From Giardia intestinalis (Eukaryota), in NCBI GenBank assembly GCA_000002435.2, contig CM018793.1: 64,000 bases of DNA; one strand, written 5' to 3'. Below, piece by piece: positions 18,540-28,664 of this stretch; within the stretch, counting starts at the first letter, position 1, and every line of letters begins with the position of its first letter. The notes under the pieces were generated by a model. It had not been told where the DNA came from. It searched no databases and worked only from the letters and a program-made list of their open reading frames with translations. The position numbers and the translations under genes are program-made.

Positions 18540-20177
18540 ATGAGCACAAGGGACCGAGAGGCGGAGGAGGCTCTTTACAAGGACGTGTTTGGGGAGTCTG
18601 AGCTCCTGGACTTGTGCTCGGACAACAGGGCTCTGCAGGAGGGGTCTGTGCACGCGTCTCCCGGGGCATCTCCTCAATCTGGGGACGGGCGATCCGAAGC
18701 GTCTGGTTCAGTCCTCTCCGACGACTCCTTTTTTGATGACGAAGATGTCGATAAGACGGAAGAACAGAATATTCGCAATCAAAAGGCACGAGGTCTTTCC
18801 TGGGCCGTTGAACGGGCAGAGGACGATGAGTTTCGAAAAAGACTGGATGAGCTAGCCCGGGAAGAAGCTATCAATGTATTATCTTTGGGGACAGAACCCA
18901 ATCTAAAAAGGACCGTATTAAGCCAATTGGGTCCTTCTAGTCAACTGGAGTTAAAGCGGCTCTCACCACTCACAGTTTCTGATTGTCCTATGCACAAGGT
19001 AACGTCGATTCACGTGCACCCCAATGGAAGACTAGCGATTGTCTCTTCGCTGGACAATAGGCTCCGTCTCTTCGAGATAGACGACCCTACAAACCCACTT
19101 GTCAGCTCCTTCCTATTCACGCAGGTTACCCCCACATCTGCCTTCTTTTCAGACAACTACCGGTGGCTGGTGATTACTGGCAATACAAACTTTTATCACC
19201 TTTTTGATTTAGAGACGGGGACTGATGTCAAGCGCAGGCTTCCCTTGCGAAAGCGGCACCTCAAAGATGCTAGCTTGGACTATTATCTCAAAGGGAGGAA
19301 CCGTGAAGTCCTAGTTCTCTCCATGCAGAGCTCCATTCCAGGATGGCCAGGGAGTTCGCTTATATTTTTCAGCGAGTGCAGTGGTGCTGCAAATTATAGC
19401 AGGGTGAACAATTTGGCACACAGAAATGTTGACCCTGGGAAAACAAACGGCATAAAGGCAGGCTATGGGCCCCCAGACGCACAATCGGAGACCAGAGAGA
19501 CAGACAGATACACCTTTGTTTATGGCTTACACTTAGAGACCAACTCATATGCCTATAAGCTGCAATTCCCCTTTGCTACAACGGGTCTTATACGACTCAT
19601 AAGTCCGTCTAACATGTCCCTGGCGCGGATATCGGGCCACACAAATGAGCACCCTATCCTGGTGGTTTCGGGGCGGGGACATGGTAACATTGCCTTGGTC
19701 GAGTTCGATGCATCGAATTTCTACTCGGTGAAGGATCCTATAATCTTCGGTGACGACTCCTTCAATATCACGGCTATGGCGGCCAGCCAAGTGCATATTG
19801 CTACGGGCGATGAGCACGGCTTCATCAACATCTATCGCATCTCAGACGTTTACTCAGCTAGTTCCACCAATAGTTCCTTAGAGCAGGACGCCTCCTCCAT
19901 CTATCGGCGGCCTCTGCGCGTTGCCCCATTATACGTCATTAAGAACATCGTCACTGAGATTATTTCCATGGAATTCAATCCGACCGGAGAAATACTAGTG
20001 GTGGCTTCTCAAGCCAACGAGACTCGCTTTATCAATCTTCACACTGGCAAGGTCTTCGACATTCAAAAGCCCCCCAGTGGTGCGTGCACGTTCGCCTTCA
20101 CTCCGGATCTCAGTAGGGTCTTTTGCGGGAGCCGACGGGGTGTGGTGGACACTTATGAACTAGTGGCTTCAAGTTGA
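18540..20177 (+). CDS. WD40-repeat protein with acidic N-terminus (possibly a UTP18-like U3 snoRNP component)
   Basis: The ATG at 18540 is preceded by 'taataattgca'. The N-terminal region is acidic and Ser-rich. It is followed by WD-like blades ('VHPNGRLAIVSSLDNRLRLFEI', 'HIATGDEHGFINIYRI', 'ILVVASQANETRFINLHTG'). The UTP18 assignment is inference only. Confidence 0.7.
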   Translation: MSTRDREAEEALYKDVFGESELLDLCSDNRALQEGSVHASPGASPQSGDGRSEASGSVLSDDSFFDDEDVDKTEEQNIRNQKARGLSWAVERAEDDEFRKRLDELAREEAINVLSLGTEPNLKRTVLSQLGPSSQLELKRLSPLTVSDCPMHKVTSIHVHPNGRLAIVSSLDNRLRLFEIDDPTNPLVSSFLFTQVTPTSAFFSDNYRWLVITGNTNFYHLFDLETGTDVKRRLPLRKRHLKDASLDYYLKGRNREVLVLSMQSSIPGWPGSSLIFFSECSGAANYSRVNNLAHRNVDPGKTNGIKAGYGPPDAQSETRETDRYTFVYGLHLETNSYAYKLQFPFATTGLIRLISPSNMSLARISGHTNEHPILVVSGRGHGNIALVEFDASNFYSVKDPIIFGDDSFNITAMAASQVHIATGDEHGFINIYRISDVYSASSTNSSLEQDASSIYRRPLRVAPLYVIKNIVTEIISMEFNPTGEILVVASQANETRFINLHTGKVFDIQKPPSGACTFAFTPDLSRVFCGSRRGVVDTYELVASS

Positions 20178-20264
20178 TTTTCTTAGAGAGGTGACAGAGA
20201 AGGTGAATCTAACAGTGGTTTTACAGAGCGAAAAGACAGACGAGTAAATAGGTACACAAGTGAA

Positions 20265-20699
20265 TTAGAGGAGAGTGAGCGTGGCCCCGGCAAAGCCGAT
20301 TAGCATGTTGAGCAGCGCCTCGTTGACACTATATGGCCTGTCTGCAATGAAAAGGGAGGCTTGCTTGGCGAGTCCAACAATGAAGATGAATGCACCCGTG
20401 AGGCGCATAAAATTATGTGGGCCAAGGGCAGGCTTGCGAGGGATGATACAAGCTCGCAGAAGAGTCCAGACAAAAAGAAGAATAGTTGCTGAAAGAAACA
20501 GAGTCGTTAGTAATGGATTGGGGAAGCTGTGAATCATCAGGCTGTTGCGTAGTATCTTTGGGAAGAGCGGCACCTCCTCTCCACGAGCAAAGTAGTCAAT
20601 GCGAAGGTTAGTCACCATAAGTGCGTATGGGTTCGCTGTTTGCTTTTTTCCAGGAAAACAAACCAATTTACAATGAAAGCTGGGGTGCATGCCACACAC
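20265..20699 (-). CDS. small hydrophobic protein (hypothetical; 2-3 predicted TM helices)
   Basis: 144 codon ORF in the gap between flanking genes, with hydrophobic helices 'LLTTLFLSATILLFVWTLL' and 'LTGAFIFIVGLA'. No homology recognised. A plus-strand ORF overlaps it. Confidence 0.35.
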   Translation of the reverse strand: MCGMHPSFHCKLVCFPGKKQTANPYALMVTNLRIDYFARGEEVPLFPKILRNSLMIHSFPNPLLTTLFLSATILLFVWTLLRACIIPRKPALGPHNFMRLTGAFIFIVGLAKQASLFIADRPYSVNEALLNMLIGFAGATLTLL

Positions 20700-20732
20700 A
20701 AGCCATACGAGACACGGTGGAAGGCAGCATAA

Positions 20733-21074
20733 TTAGACATGCTTATAGCGTAGATATTCTGTTAAGAAAACCATAAGACGCTTTGTGAAGAGTAAGCACA
20801 CACAGAAAACTGCCAAAACTACTAGAAGGACCATATTCCGCTTATCGGACCGCCGCTTGGCCGCTGTATCTTCGAAGTATTTCTCTAGTTCAGTAAGATC
20901 CTTCTCCCTCCTATCCATGAGCCGCTTTACAGTGTAGATACTCATCGTGAGATATTCCTTAAGATCCGAGTTCTCGGCCAGGACATTGAAAGAGCGCGTA
21001 GCTTGGCGATGAACATTTGCGTACAGCTGAGTGTTCGTCAGCTCCGACGGGACATCGCGCTTCTGTTGTTGCAT
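20733..21074 (-). CDS. tail-anchored coiled-coil protein (possible SNARE-like)
   Basis: 113 aa with an N-terminal heptad region and a single C-terminal TM 'MVLLVVLAVFCVCLLF' followed by a short tail. This is the tail-anchored topology typical of SNAREs. SNARE identity is not established. Confidence 0.45.
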   Translation of the reverse strand: MQQQKRDVPSELTNTQLYANVHRQATRSFNVLAENSDLKEYLTMSIYTVKRLMDRREKDLTELEKYFEDTAAKRRSDKRNMVLLVVLAVFCVCLLFTKRLMVFLTEYLRYKHV

Positions 21075-21099
21075 TTGTAAATTTTGTCCTCATTAAAAA

Positions 21100-22038
21100 A
21101 TGTTCGAAGAATTGAAGGAAGAGCGGGAAAAGTTCGCAGCGAAGATACAGTCTTTACAGAGGGCCAGACATGAAAGCTTAGTCCGCTCGTTCTATTCTCT
21201 CCAGCCTCAAAAGTCCCAATCCCTATCGCGACTTTATAGCCAGACAATTGAGCCGGTATTATGCAGTAAAAGCGGTGATGAGACAAGAGCAACCAACCAG
21301 GTCGATCTCCTTGCCGAGTCAATTACTGATCCAGAGAAGATATATGGTGAGAAGCTCGATAGCATTGCTAATATTACTAATGTATCACAGGATAAAGCGA
21401 GCAGCACAGTGCCTCCGGCGACCACAGCCGATAATTCATCAGAAACATATTGTTCCCCTACCACATACAATGTAATACGTAGCGGATACCAGCTGTGTGA
21501 CAGCGATAGCTCTTTCGGCAACTACAACACGATTGATGTTCTCAACCATTTAGCTGTTCACAGCCAGGCGACAAACGAAGAAAGAGACGAAGAAGTAAGT
21601 ATCCCGGCGGCTGTGCACACCCCAGTGACGCGGCACACAGAAACTGTAGCTCACCGTGTGAACGTGACCAAGAATGCCGTATCTGCGAACAAGATAGACT
21701 ATCGGCAGGCTGGGACACACACCCCTAGCAGAGATCCATCAACACAAAGTCACAAGCAAGCTAACAAGGGAACAATGACGCACAGCCTGTGTCTCAAGTC
21801 AGTCGCTATACAGGTCCATAGCCAGCCACCAAAGGCCTCCGACCACAGACAAGATGTTAAAAAGAAATTAACAGTTTCAGCCTTCGTGCACCCCATTAGA
21901 AAACAGCCCAAAATAGAGTACCACCCCGGTGCCATATCAAGCCTGGTGCATCCTGCGTATAGCTCTTCTGTGCTCCAATCATACACAGAAATATATAAAA
22001 GCCTCAGCAACACTAGCAAAGCGATACTGAGCAGCTAG
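21100..22038 (+). CDS. hypothetical protein (312 aa, Ser/Thr/His-rich)
   Basis: The ATG at 21100 follows 'cattaaaaaa' (an A-rich Giardia initiator context). The 3' end overlaps the convergent minus gene by 4 nt. Confidence 0.55.
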   Translation: MFEELKEEREKFAAKIQSLQRARHESLVRSFYSLQPQKSQSLSRLYSQTIEPVLCSKSGDETRATNQVDLLAESITDPEKIYGEKLDSIANITNVSQDKASSTVPPATTADNSSETYCSPTTYNVIRSGYQLCDSDSSFGNYNTIDVLNHLAVHSQATNEERDEEVSIPAAVHTPVTRHTETVAHRVNVTKNAVSANKIDYRQAGTHTPSRDPSTQSHKQANKGTMTHSLCLKSVAIQVHSQPPKASDHRQDVKKKLTVSAFVHPIRKQPKIEYHPGAISSLVHPAYSSSVLQSYTEIYKSLSNTSKAILSS

Positions 22039-24812
22039 TAGTCCATATTCGTCAGTACATCCTCCAGGGCATTGATGAGTTGCCGTGCACCAAGGCTTGC
22101 CAGGCCAAGTGGGGTTCTGTGAGTTTCCATGTATGATATCGCCTCATTCACCATCTTCTCTATCTGCTCACTAGATTGGCACAGCGTCGTTCCTAGCAAG
22201 GCGTGATGTTGTATTAACGGGTTTGTTAGCTTAGTCTCGCTATAGTTAACGACTGTCTGCCTGTGTACCTGCTGAGTCGTGGAGACGTCCAGAGAGCCGG
22301 GATTCAGAGACACCTCTTTGGCAGTTGAGTCTCTTGCACTGTACCCGACCCCTGGTGCAAAGATCAACGAGCTCAACGGCATAGCGCTTTCTGTGTTATA
22401 ATTGATAAGCCCCTCCTGCACCACAAACTTATAGATCTTATGGATTGTGTCAACTGGTACAGGAAGGATGTCATACAGTACAAAACATTTGAACGGACGC
22501 TTCTGCGTGGTTAGATAGTAATGTATTATCGTATTTCTAAACAGGATATAGTCTTGTTCTCGTAACTTCCCATTAGACAGCTCCGATGCGAAGTAGCCCT
22601 TTTCTAGCGGATACATGATAGTTACATCTTCGAACCACTTGTTCGGTGTCACCTGGAACAAGCTTGAATAGCTAGAATGAGTACGGGGGGCTGGGCTTTT
22701 AAAGTCAAGCATGCACTCTATCTCTCCATCCAGTACCTGTCTGGCCACAATAAGCCCTGACCCGGTGTGTCCATACGCCCTACCGTCATCGGCAACCCCC
22801 GTGAATTGCGGACCAAACAAGAGGGTGTCTAGGACAGGTGGGTACTTATATTTATGGCACTTAAACTCGTCCATTATCTGTGAAACAGGGACCAGATTTC
22901 CCTGTTCATCGGGTATCTTCAAATATTTGCGCAACTCTAGCTGATTATCACTACACCGAATTATGGATAACAGTATCTTTTCGGTATCACTGTCAAAATT
23001 ACTATTATAAATATAGCTAAATGCTGTCAATAGAAAGTGCTCTTTCAAGACCTCACACTTTCGTCCCAAGAAGCGCGGGTTGCTCAAAGTCATAGTGCAC
23101 TGAGCATCGTCTAGTGCTGCCTTTGTCTGATGATCTATTAACTGGCTCAGCACTGGCGAGTCCTCCTTAGCACCTGCCAAGAGAGCATGTGGCAGGTGTC
23201 CGTTCTGCCACTTAGATGGGTCTGAGGTTGGACTGAACAGAATATCGACAACATCCTTGGTCGAAAGGACACCGTGAAATGATAACATCCTATGTTCGTT
23301 TGGAGCATCTCTAAAAGATAATGTGCCAAAAGAGAGTGTGACATTTATTTTTTCATAGTTATATGTCTCTGCATCTCTCTCGTTTATGCCTGATTGACTG
23401 TCAGCTGGACTAAGGGTATATCCTATGTTTTTCTTTAAAAGATTCAAGGAGGACTCGTACTTCTCAGGATGGGCTCGCATGTTAGTGTAGAAGTAACTAA
23501 GATTGGGGCTCGTAAACTCAATATCTCGAAAAACAAATCTACATCCTCCACAGTGGCATTCGTAGTATTTGCAAGAATTATCTGAGGGCTGTGATAAGGG
23601 CGCAGCCGCCACATTCGCTGACTCCTCGAGGGCAGCTATGGGAACGTAGGTTATGTTTTGCTCGGTATAGTCTGATAGCTCACATAGCTCATTGTAGTTT
23701 AACGAATCCAAAAGCCACTGGAGCGACAGAAAGACAACTTCAAGACACACAGACCTGGGTGAAACAGATTCATGGGTGTCTGATTGTGCGGAGGCATCTG
23801 AAGAGAAGGTGTCCAGAGCATCTATAAAGTTCTGTGCATCAATGGAGTTGTCAAAAGAGAGTAGGGCGCGGGACCCTAGAAGGGGGACTACCTCACTTGC
23901 AGTAGGCTTTACCCCCTTGGCCTCTGCAACAAGCTGCTTCTGTTCCACTGTGTCGTACGAAGGAGGAGACCGTAACATGTGCACCAAGTACTGGTCTTCT
24001 ACAAATTCCAATATGCGGAAGGAGATTCGTGAAATGGCGAGATTGTCCTGCAATCGTCCTCGTCTAGGCTGAACAATTACTTTTCGCAGCTTATCGTCGC
24101 CACTCGGAAACCATGGAGCACACAACACAAGTGGGACAGCTGAGGTAAATACTTTGCCGAGCTGGTTGCAGGAACTAAGTGAGTCATCATCCTGCTTTTG
24201 TGTCGTATCCCGATCCTCATCGTGATAGTAAATTTCGTCAGCGTGAACTGAAAAGGAATGCTTGCCTACTACTGCTACTGAAGATGGCGCAAAATAGGAC
24301 GAGATTTTGAACTTGTTACACGCCTCCCCAAGCAATCTTTTTAACTCTACTGGCATGTGAGGATCAAAGATCAAGATATATTGCTTGCCAATCCTCTCTT
24401 CATTAATAGCTGCATAACACTTCGCATAGAGCGATAGGAACTCGTCAGTTGCCATGGAGGAGATGTGCTGGTAAACAGCGTCATACCTGAGCATGATCGA
24501 TGCCTCCGATGAATGAGAGATAATCATCCGCAGAATAAGGTGAAGCGTCTTATTGCGTGTTTTAGTATTGCTTAGGAGATAATGGGGGATCTTTGTTTGA
24601 GGCTGCACCCCTGCCTTCAACCCAAGAAGGGTGTCTGCACGCTCAAAAAAACACGAAAAGATACCTGAGAGCTTGTTGGAACAGTAAGCGTCCGTAAGTT
24701 TCCGACCGTCTTCAAAGAATGAGTGCGGAAGTTGCTGAATAAATGAATGAATATATGGCTGTAATAGCGTCTCCAGATAATCTTGAGACCAAGTGGCCTT
24801 GAGAAAAACCAT
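22035..24812 (-). CDS. hypothetical protein (925 aa)
   Basis: Long ORF. The ATG at 24812 has an AT-rich sense-strand upstream ('aattaaaataaattatcATG'). No domain recognised. Confidence 0.7.
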   Translation of the reverse strand: MVFLKATWSQDYLETLLQPYIHSFIQQLPHSFFEDGRKLTDAYCSNKLSGIFSCFFERADTLLGLKAGVQPQTKIPHYLLSNTKTRNKTLHLILRMIISHSSEASIMLRYDAVYQHISSMATDEFLSLYAKCYAAINEERIGKQYILIFDPHMPVELKRLLGEACNKFKISSYFAPSSVAVVGKHSFSVHADEIYYHDEDRDTTQKQDDDSLSSCNQLGKVFTSAVPLVLCAPWFPSGDDKLRKVIVQPRRGRLQDNLAISRISFRILEFVEDQYLVHMLRSPPSYDTVEQKQLVAEAKGVKPTASEVVPLLGSRALLSFDNSIDAQNFIDALDTFSSDASAQSDTHESVSPRSVCLEVVFLSLQWLLDSLNYNELCELSDYTEQNITYVPIAALEESANVAAAPLSQPSDNSCKYYECHCGGCRFVFRDIEFTSPNLSYFYTNMRAHPEKYESSLNLLKKNIGYTLSPADSQSGINERDAETYNYEKINVTLSFGTLSFRDAPNEHRMLSFHGVLSTKDVVDILFSPTSDPSKWQNGHLPHALLAGAKEDSPVLSQLIDHQTKAALDDAQCTMTLSNPRFLGRKCEVLKEHFLLTAFSYIYNSNFDSDTEKILLSIIRCSDNQLELRKYLKIPDEQGNLVPVSQIMDEFKCHKYKYPPVLDTLLFGPQFTGVADDGRAYGHTGSGLIVARQVLDGEIECMLDFKSPAPRTHSSYSSLFQVTPNKWFEDVTIMYPLEKGYFASELSNGKLREQDYILFRNTIIHYYLTTQKRPFKCFVLYDILPVPVDTIHKIYKFVVQEGLINYNTESAMPLSSLIFAPGVGYSARDSTAKEVSLNPGSLDVSTTQQVHRQTVVNYSETKLTNPLIQHHALLGTTLCQSSEQIEKMVNEAISYMETHRTPLGLASLGARQLINALEDVLTNMDY

Positions 24813-25051
24813 GATAATTTATTTTAATTTCAGTAAGCCAACGGTGATTGCTACATGCCCCTCTGTTGCACAAATGCAGGCCGAAACAGTGTTCCTCGGG
24901 CAATGGACACGAAGAGCCCTTTTAATTTTAAAGTAATCTTCTGTGAGCACTCTGAATCATAGTCAAAGTGTGCTGGCATACAGATCCTACGAGATAAAGT
25001 GTGTTGAGAACCAATATTATTGATATTAGATTACTTAACTTAAAAAGCCGA

Positions 25052-25411
25052 ATGGAGGCCTTTGTTGATGTTCGAATGCTCGGTTTGTGGGCGTCGTCTA
25101 AGGCGGCTACATGTACTAACGAGATCTCAGAGTGCCAGGATGTCATGCACTTCCTGCTGGCAGCAGAGGAGCTACTGCTATCAGGAAAGAGTGAGCGGAA
25201 GGTTCTCGTGCACTTAGGTTGCGACGTCTACGAGCCTGGTCTTTGCGACTTAAATGGGTGGATAAAGATCCACCTCGGCGCAGGGATTGTGGTTGAGATG
25301 ACCTATGCAGAGGCCAAGAAGTATTTGACACGGCGGATTCGTGATCTTACCGATGAGATAGACGAACTTCATAAGACCATGGCTGATTGCGCAGCTTTAT
25401 GTTCTAATTGA
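25052..25411 (+). CDS. prefoldin alpha-type subunit-like protein (~120 aa)
   Basis: Two beta-hairpin-like motifs ('VLVHLGCDVYEPG' and 'IKIHLGAGIVVEMTYAEAKKYLTRRIRDLTDEIDELHK') followed by a coiled coil resemble PFD3/PFD5 ('VLV.LG...YV', 'V.LG.G..VE....EA..F...R'). The start is moved to the first ATG at 25052, which has the context 'aaaaagccgaATG'. Confidence 0.5.
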   Translation: MEAFVDVRMLGLWASSKAATCTNEISECQDVMHFLLAAEELLLSGKSERKVLVHLGCDVYEPGLCDLNGWIKIHLGAGIVVEMTYAEAKKYLTRRIRDLTDEIDELHKTMADCAALCSN

Positions 25412-26017
25412 GACCTATCCTGTCTTATTCACTGTCTACACCTCAAGATAGCCACTTATCATTCTAGCAGCTAGAGTTCTCAACTCTCCAGTGTTATGTC
25501 CTTGTTGGATCGCCCATAACTATCTGGTGCGTTGTACCGTAGTTTTCGATGCACGTATGCAATGCAGTATCCGATTGTATCTCTATTCGGCAAACGTGAG
25601 ATGTACTTGGATTTACCCTTGAGGCAGAGTATTCATCTTATTAGACGCAACAGTGCTGCCGACCAAGCCACTGCTAGGCAGAGCACACGGCCTGTATCTG
25701 CTCATCTCGTGCTCTAGCCAGCCACCCTGCGTGAGCATCTGGAGACATGCCTGGACATATGTGTGGTATTCTGCGGTGTGTACGGTCCCGTGTCCACGCA
25801 GTAGGCCAGCCAGAGAGCGTGTGCAGGCACGCCATGTGGCACCACGTCCTTTGTGGAGCGCTGGAGGAATACACAGGTGAGGGTCTACCATCAAGATGCG
25901 GACACGTTGCTTCCTGACATGGAAGGTCAATGAGGCTATCCAGATGGCCCAGCTATGGTAGAAGGCTAGCAGATGTGATCGTATTGGCCATCAGCACTGT
26001 CACTAACACCAACATGC

Positions 26018-27610
26018 ATGACTAATGGACCTAGCAGGGCCGCAATGTTGCTACTAGTTCTCTGCTTTTTGATGAGCGCCCTCGCCGCGCAACGCACTAA
26101 ACAACCCACATCCGACTGCGGAGTCGCAAACTGCGCCCAGTGCAACGCGGACGGCAGGACGTGTGATCAGTGCAGCGAGGGGTACAACCTCAACCAGGAG
26201 AAGACCCAGTGCACCAAGGCGTGCGCGGTCGCAAACTGCGCCCAGTGCAACGCGGACGGCAGGACGTGTGATCAGTGCAGCGAGGGGTACAACCTCAACC
26301 AGGAGAAGACCCAGTGCACCAAGGCGTGCGCGGTCGCAAACTGCGCCCAGTGCAACGCGGACGGCAGGACGTGTGATCAGTGCAGCGAGGGGTACAACCT
26401 CAACCAGGAGAAGACCCAGTGCACCAAGGCGTGCGCGGTCGCAAACTGCGCCCAGTGCAACGCGGACGGCAGGACGTGTGATCAGTGCAGCGAGGGGTAC
26501 AACCTCAACCAGGAGAAGACCCAGTGCACCAAGGCGTGCGCGGTCGCAAACTGCGCCCAGTGCAACGCGGACGGCAGGACGTGTGATCAGTGCAGCGAGG
26601 GGTACAACCTCAACCAGGAGAAGACCCAGTGCACCAAGAACCCAGAAGCGCGATGCAATACTCCCAACTGTAAGACCTGTGACAGCCCCAAAACAGACAG
26701 TGAAATCTGCACTGAATGTAATAATGGCAACTACCTCACCCCGACAAAGCAGTGCACGCAGAGCTGCGGAACAATAGGAAGCTACTACAACGGAGACAAA
26801 GTGTGCGAGCCCTGTGATCCTAGCTGTGCTGCGTGCATCACAAAGGGACCAGCGAAGTGCACGCTGTGTCCTCCCGGGAAGAGGCTCCAGTACACAGATG
26901 AAGGAGCCACTCAGAACGGCGGATCCTGCGTAGATGAGTGCAAGCCTGAAGGAGGAGCTAGCGGATGCGAGACCTGCGGAGCCACCATCGGAGGGACAAA
27001 GTATTGCTCGAAGTGCAGCACATCCACGGAGGTCCCCGTCAACGGGGTCTGTACAGCAGACAATGCCCGCGCAGCTGCGTGCAAGGTGAAAGATGGCAAG
27101 GGAGGGTGCACTACGTGTGAGAGTGGATACTTCCTCCAAGACGGCGGTTGCTACAAACTCGGTAGACAGCCCGGTGAGCAGATATGCACAGCAGCCAGTA
27201 GCGCTGGTAAGTGCGAGACGTGCGCCAATAGTCTTCAGCCCAATAATGGAGCATGCCCCTCGTGTCACTCGACCTGTAAGACATGTCGTGATGCTAATTC
27301 TGCAAATGCTTGTACAACGTGTGCAGCTGGGTACTATATGGTCGGATCAGCAGCTGGACCATGCACTTCGTGTGACAGCAACAGTGGAAGTGTCAAGGGA
27401 GTTGCTGGCTGCATGAGCTGCGCTCCTCCATCGTCTAGTACTGGCTCCGTCCTTTGCTACCTCATGAACGGTGACAGTGCCGGCGGAAGCACGAACAAGA
27501 GCGGCCTTAGCACAGGCGCCATCGCAGGCATTTCTGTCGCAGTCATCGTTGTCGTGGGGGGTCTTGTCGGCTTCCTCTGCTGGTGGTTCCTCTGCAGGGG
27601 CAAGGCGTAG
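26018..27610 (+). CDS. variant-specific surface protein (VSP) with five tandem 35 aa repeats
   Basis: There is a signal peptide, pervasive CxxC motifs, and a C-terminal TM 'GLSTGAIAGISVAVIVVVGGLVGFLCWWF' followed by the invariant 'CRGKA' and a stop. AGTAAAC lies 14 nt after the stop. An alternative start at the second ATG (26045) gives the typical 'MLLL' VSP N-terminus. Confidence 0.9.
   Translation: MTNGPSRAAMLLLVLCFLMSALAAQRTKQPTSDCGVANCAQCNADGRTCDQCSEGYNLNQEKTQCTKACAVANCAQCNADGRTCDQCSEGYNLNQEKTQCTKACAVANCAQCNADGRTCDQCSEGYNLNQEKTQCTKACAVANCAQCNADGRTCDQCSEGYNLNQEKTQCTKACAVANCAQCNADGRTCDQCSEGYNLNQEKTQCTKNPEARCNTPNCKTCDSPKTDSEICTECNNGNYLTPTKQCTQSCGTIGSYYNGDKVCEPCDPSCAACITKGPAKCTLCPPGKRLQYTDEGATQNGGSCVDECKPEGGASGCETCGATIGGTKYCSKCSTSTEVPVNGVCTADNARAAACKVKDGKGGCTTCESGYFLQDGGCYKLGRQPGEQICTAASSAGKCETCANSLQPNNGACPSCHSTCKTCRDANSANACTTCAAGYYMVGSAAGPCTSCDSNSGSVKGVAGCMSCAPPSSSTGSVLCYLMNGDSAGGSTNKSGLSTGAIAGISVAVIVVVGGLVGFLCWWFLCRGKA
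26116..26640 (+). repeat. 5 x 105 bp perfect tandem repeat inside VSP coding region
   Basis: The unit encodes 'CAVANCAQCNADGRTCDQCSEGYNLNQEKTQCTKA'. Copies 2-5 are nucleotide-identical in the visible sequence, for example 'gtgtgatcag' recurs every 105 nt. Confidence 0.9.
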
Positions 27611-27624
27611 ATGTGTACTTAGGT

Positions 27625-27631
27625 AGTAAAC
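27625..27631 (+). promoter_or_regulatory. Giardia polyadenylation signal AGTAAAC (VSP)
   Basis: 'aggtagtaaacgcg' lies directly 3' of the VSP stop codon TAG (27608-27610). Confidence 0.7.
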
Positions 27632-28664
27632 GCGTCATTGTGTGTGGCTTATATAAATGTGCTGCTGGGGCTATCTGAGCGTGGCCCAGAGGTCGTGCGG
27701 GTGAGCCCGCTCCTTCCTGGCCAGTCCAGGAACGATGGCTGGTTTTGGATGATATAATAGGGATCTCCCTTCACTTGTATACCAGGAGTCTTTTGCGTCC
27801 CTCAGTTGTTCCGCAGAGGTGTGCTCAGTTCGAGTGTGCGCGTCGCTCAGCCCAGGATTCAACTTACTTGTCCATCTGCATTGTCCACCATTGGTGCCAC
27901 TTCTTGGTCTACCGCTCTGATGCCGGAGGGTCCCAGTAGTTGATGACCCTGGACTGACGCCTCGACAGACCGAAGCATCAGCCCAAGTGTGCTGTGCAGT
28001 GCAGATGGACCAGCCCACACGTCACTGAGCCAGACGCACTGCACAGGGTGAGCGTCGACACGGTCTCGTACTGGATGACGGACCACCTGCAAGAGCGCAC
28101 TGCGATCCATGAGCAGAGGACCATACTTCTCCCCCGATACCAACGCATAGGAGCTGTCCGCCGGCATCCACGAACGCGTACTATGACTCCAAGATAGAGG
28201 CGCACGGGGAGCATACCCTCCGATCATACTCGGAACCGATGATCGCTTCATGGGGAGACAAAGAGGTGCCCCGAGGAACGGGATAGGCACCCGAGGTCGT
28301 GGCGTGCGATCTTCGTCACGGAGCACCAGGGCCACGTGGAGGCCAGGCTGCTGTGACCGACGGTAGCCCCGAGACAACAGGTGCTCACTAGATATCAGAC
28401 GATGGTTGACCCCGACGGGCCAGAGGATGGGAGGAATCTAGAGGCACCGCGAGGAGCGGCAGGTCCCGGGGGAGACAGGATATAGGAGTTCTCCCGCCGG
28501 GATCGAGGGCATCCGACTCTCGGATTTCTGATCTCAGCTATTGTATGAGCGAGAGGCTTGCCCAGGGCGGCAATGGCTCGCATGAAAAGACCACTCCGGT
28601 AGCAGGCGACAACCCCGCCTCATTAAAATTTACTCTTCCCTAACCTCGTCTCTCTAGATATCTG

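Noticed and set aside
20275-20532. 85 aa plus-strand ORF overlapping the small minus-strand membrane-protein ORF (20265-20699)
   Set aside because: Both are weak. I kept the minus-strand one at low confidence because of its coherent hydrophobic helices. The plus ORF is Arg/Ala-rich with no features.
26054-27268. 404 aa minus-strand ORF and 204 aa plus-strand alternative-frame ORF (26163-26777) across the VSP tandem repeats
   Set aside because: They are antisense or out-of-frame to a VSP gene with a diagnostic signal peptide...CRGKA structure. Their length is an artefact of the repetitive, stop-poor GC-rich repeat (the same peptide block repeats five times).
27611-28664. 172 aa and 115 aa minus-strand ORFs in the 1 kb region downstream of VSP-1
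   Set aside because: This is GC-rich intergenic DNA with overlapping ORFs in several frames, no start context and no motifs. It is more likely non-coding VSP 3' flank (part of it is the conserved post-poly(A) element).
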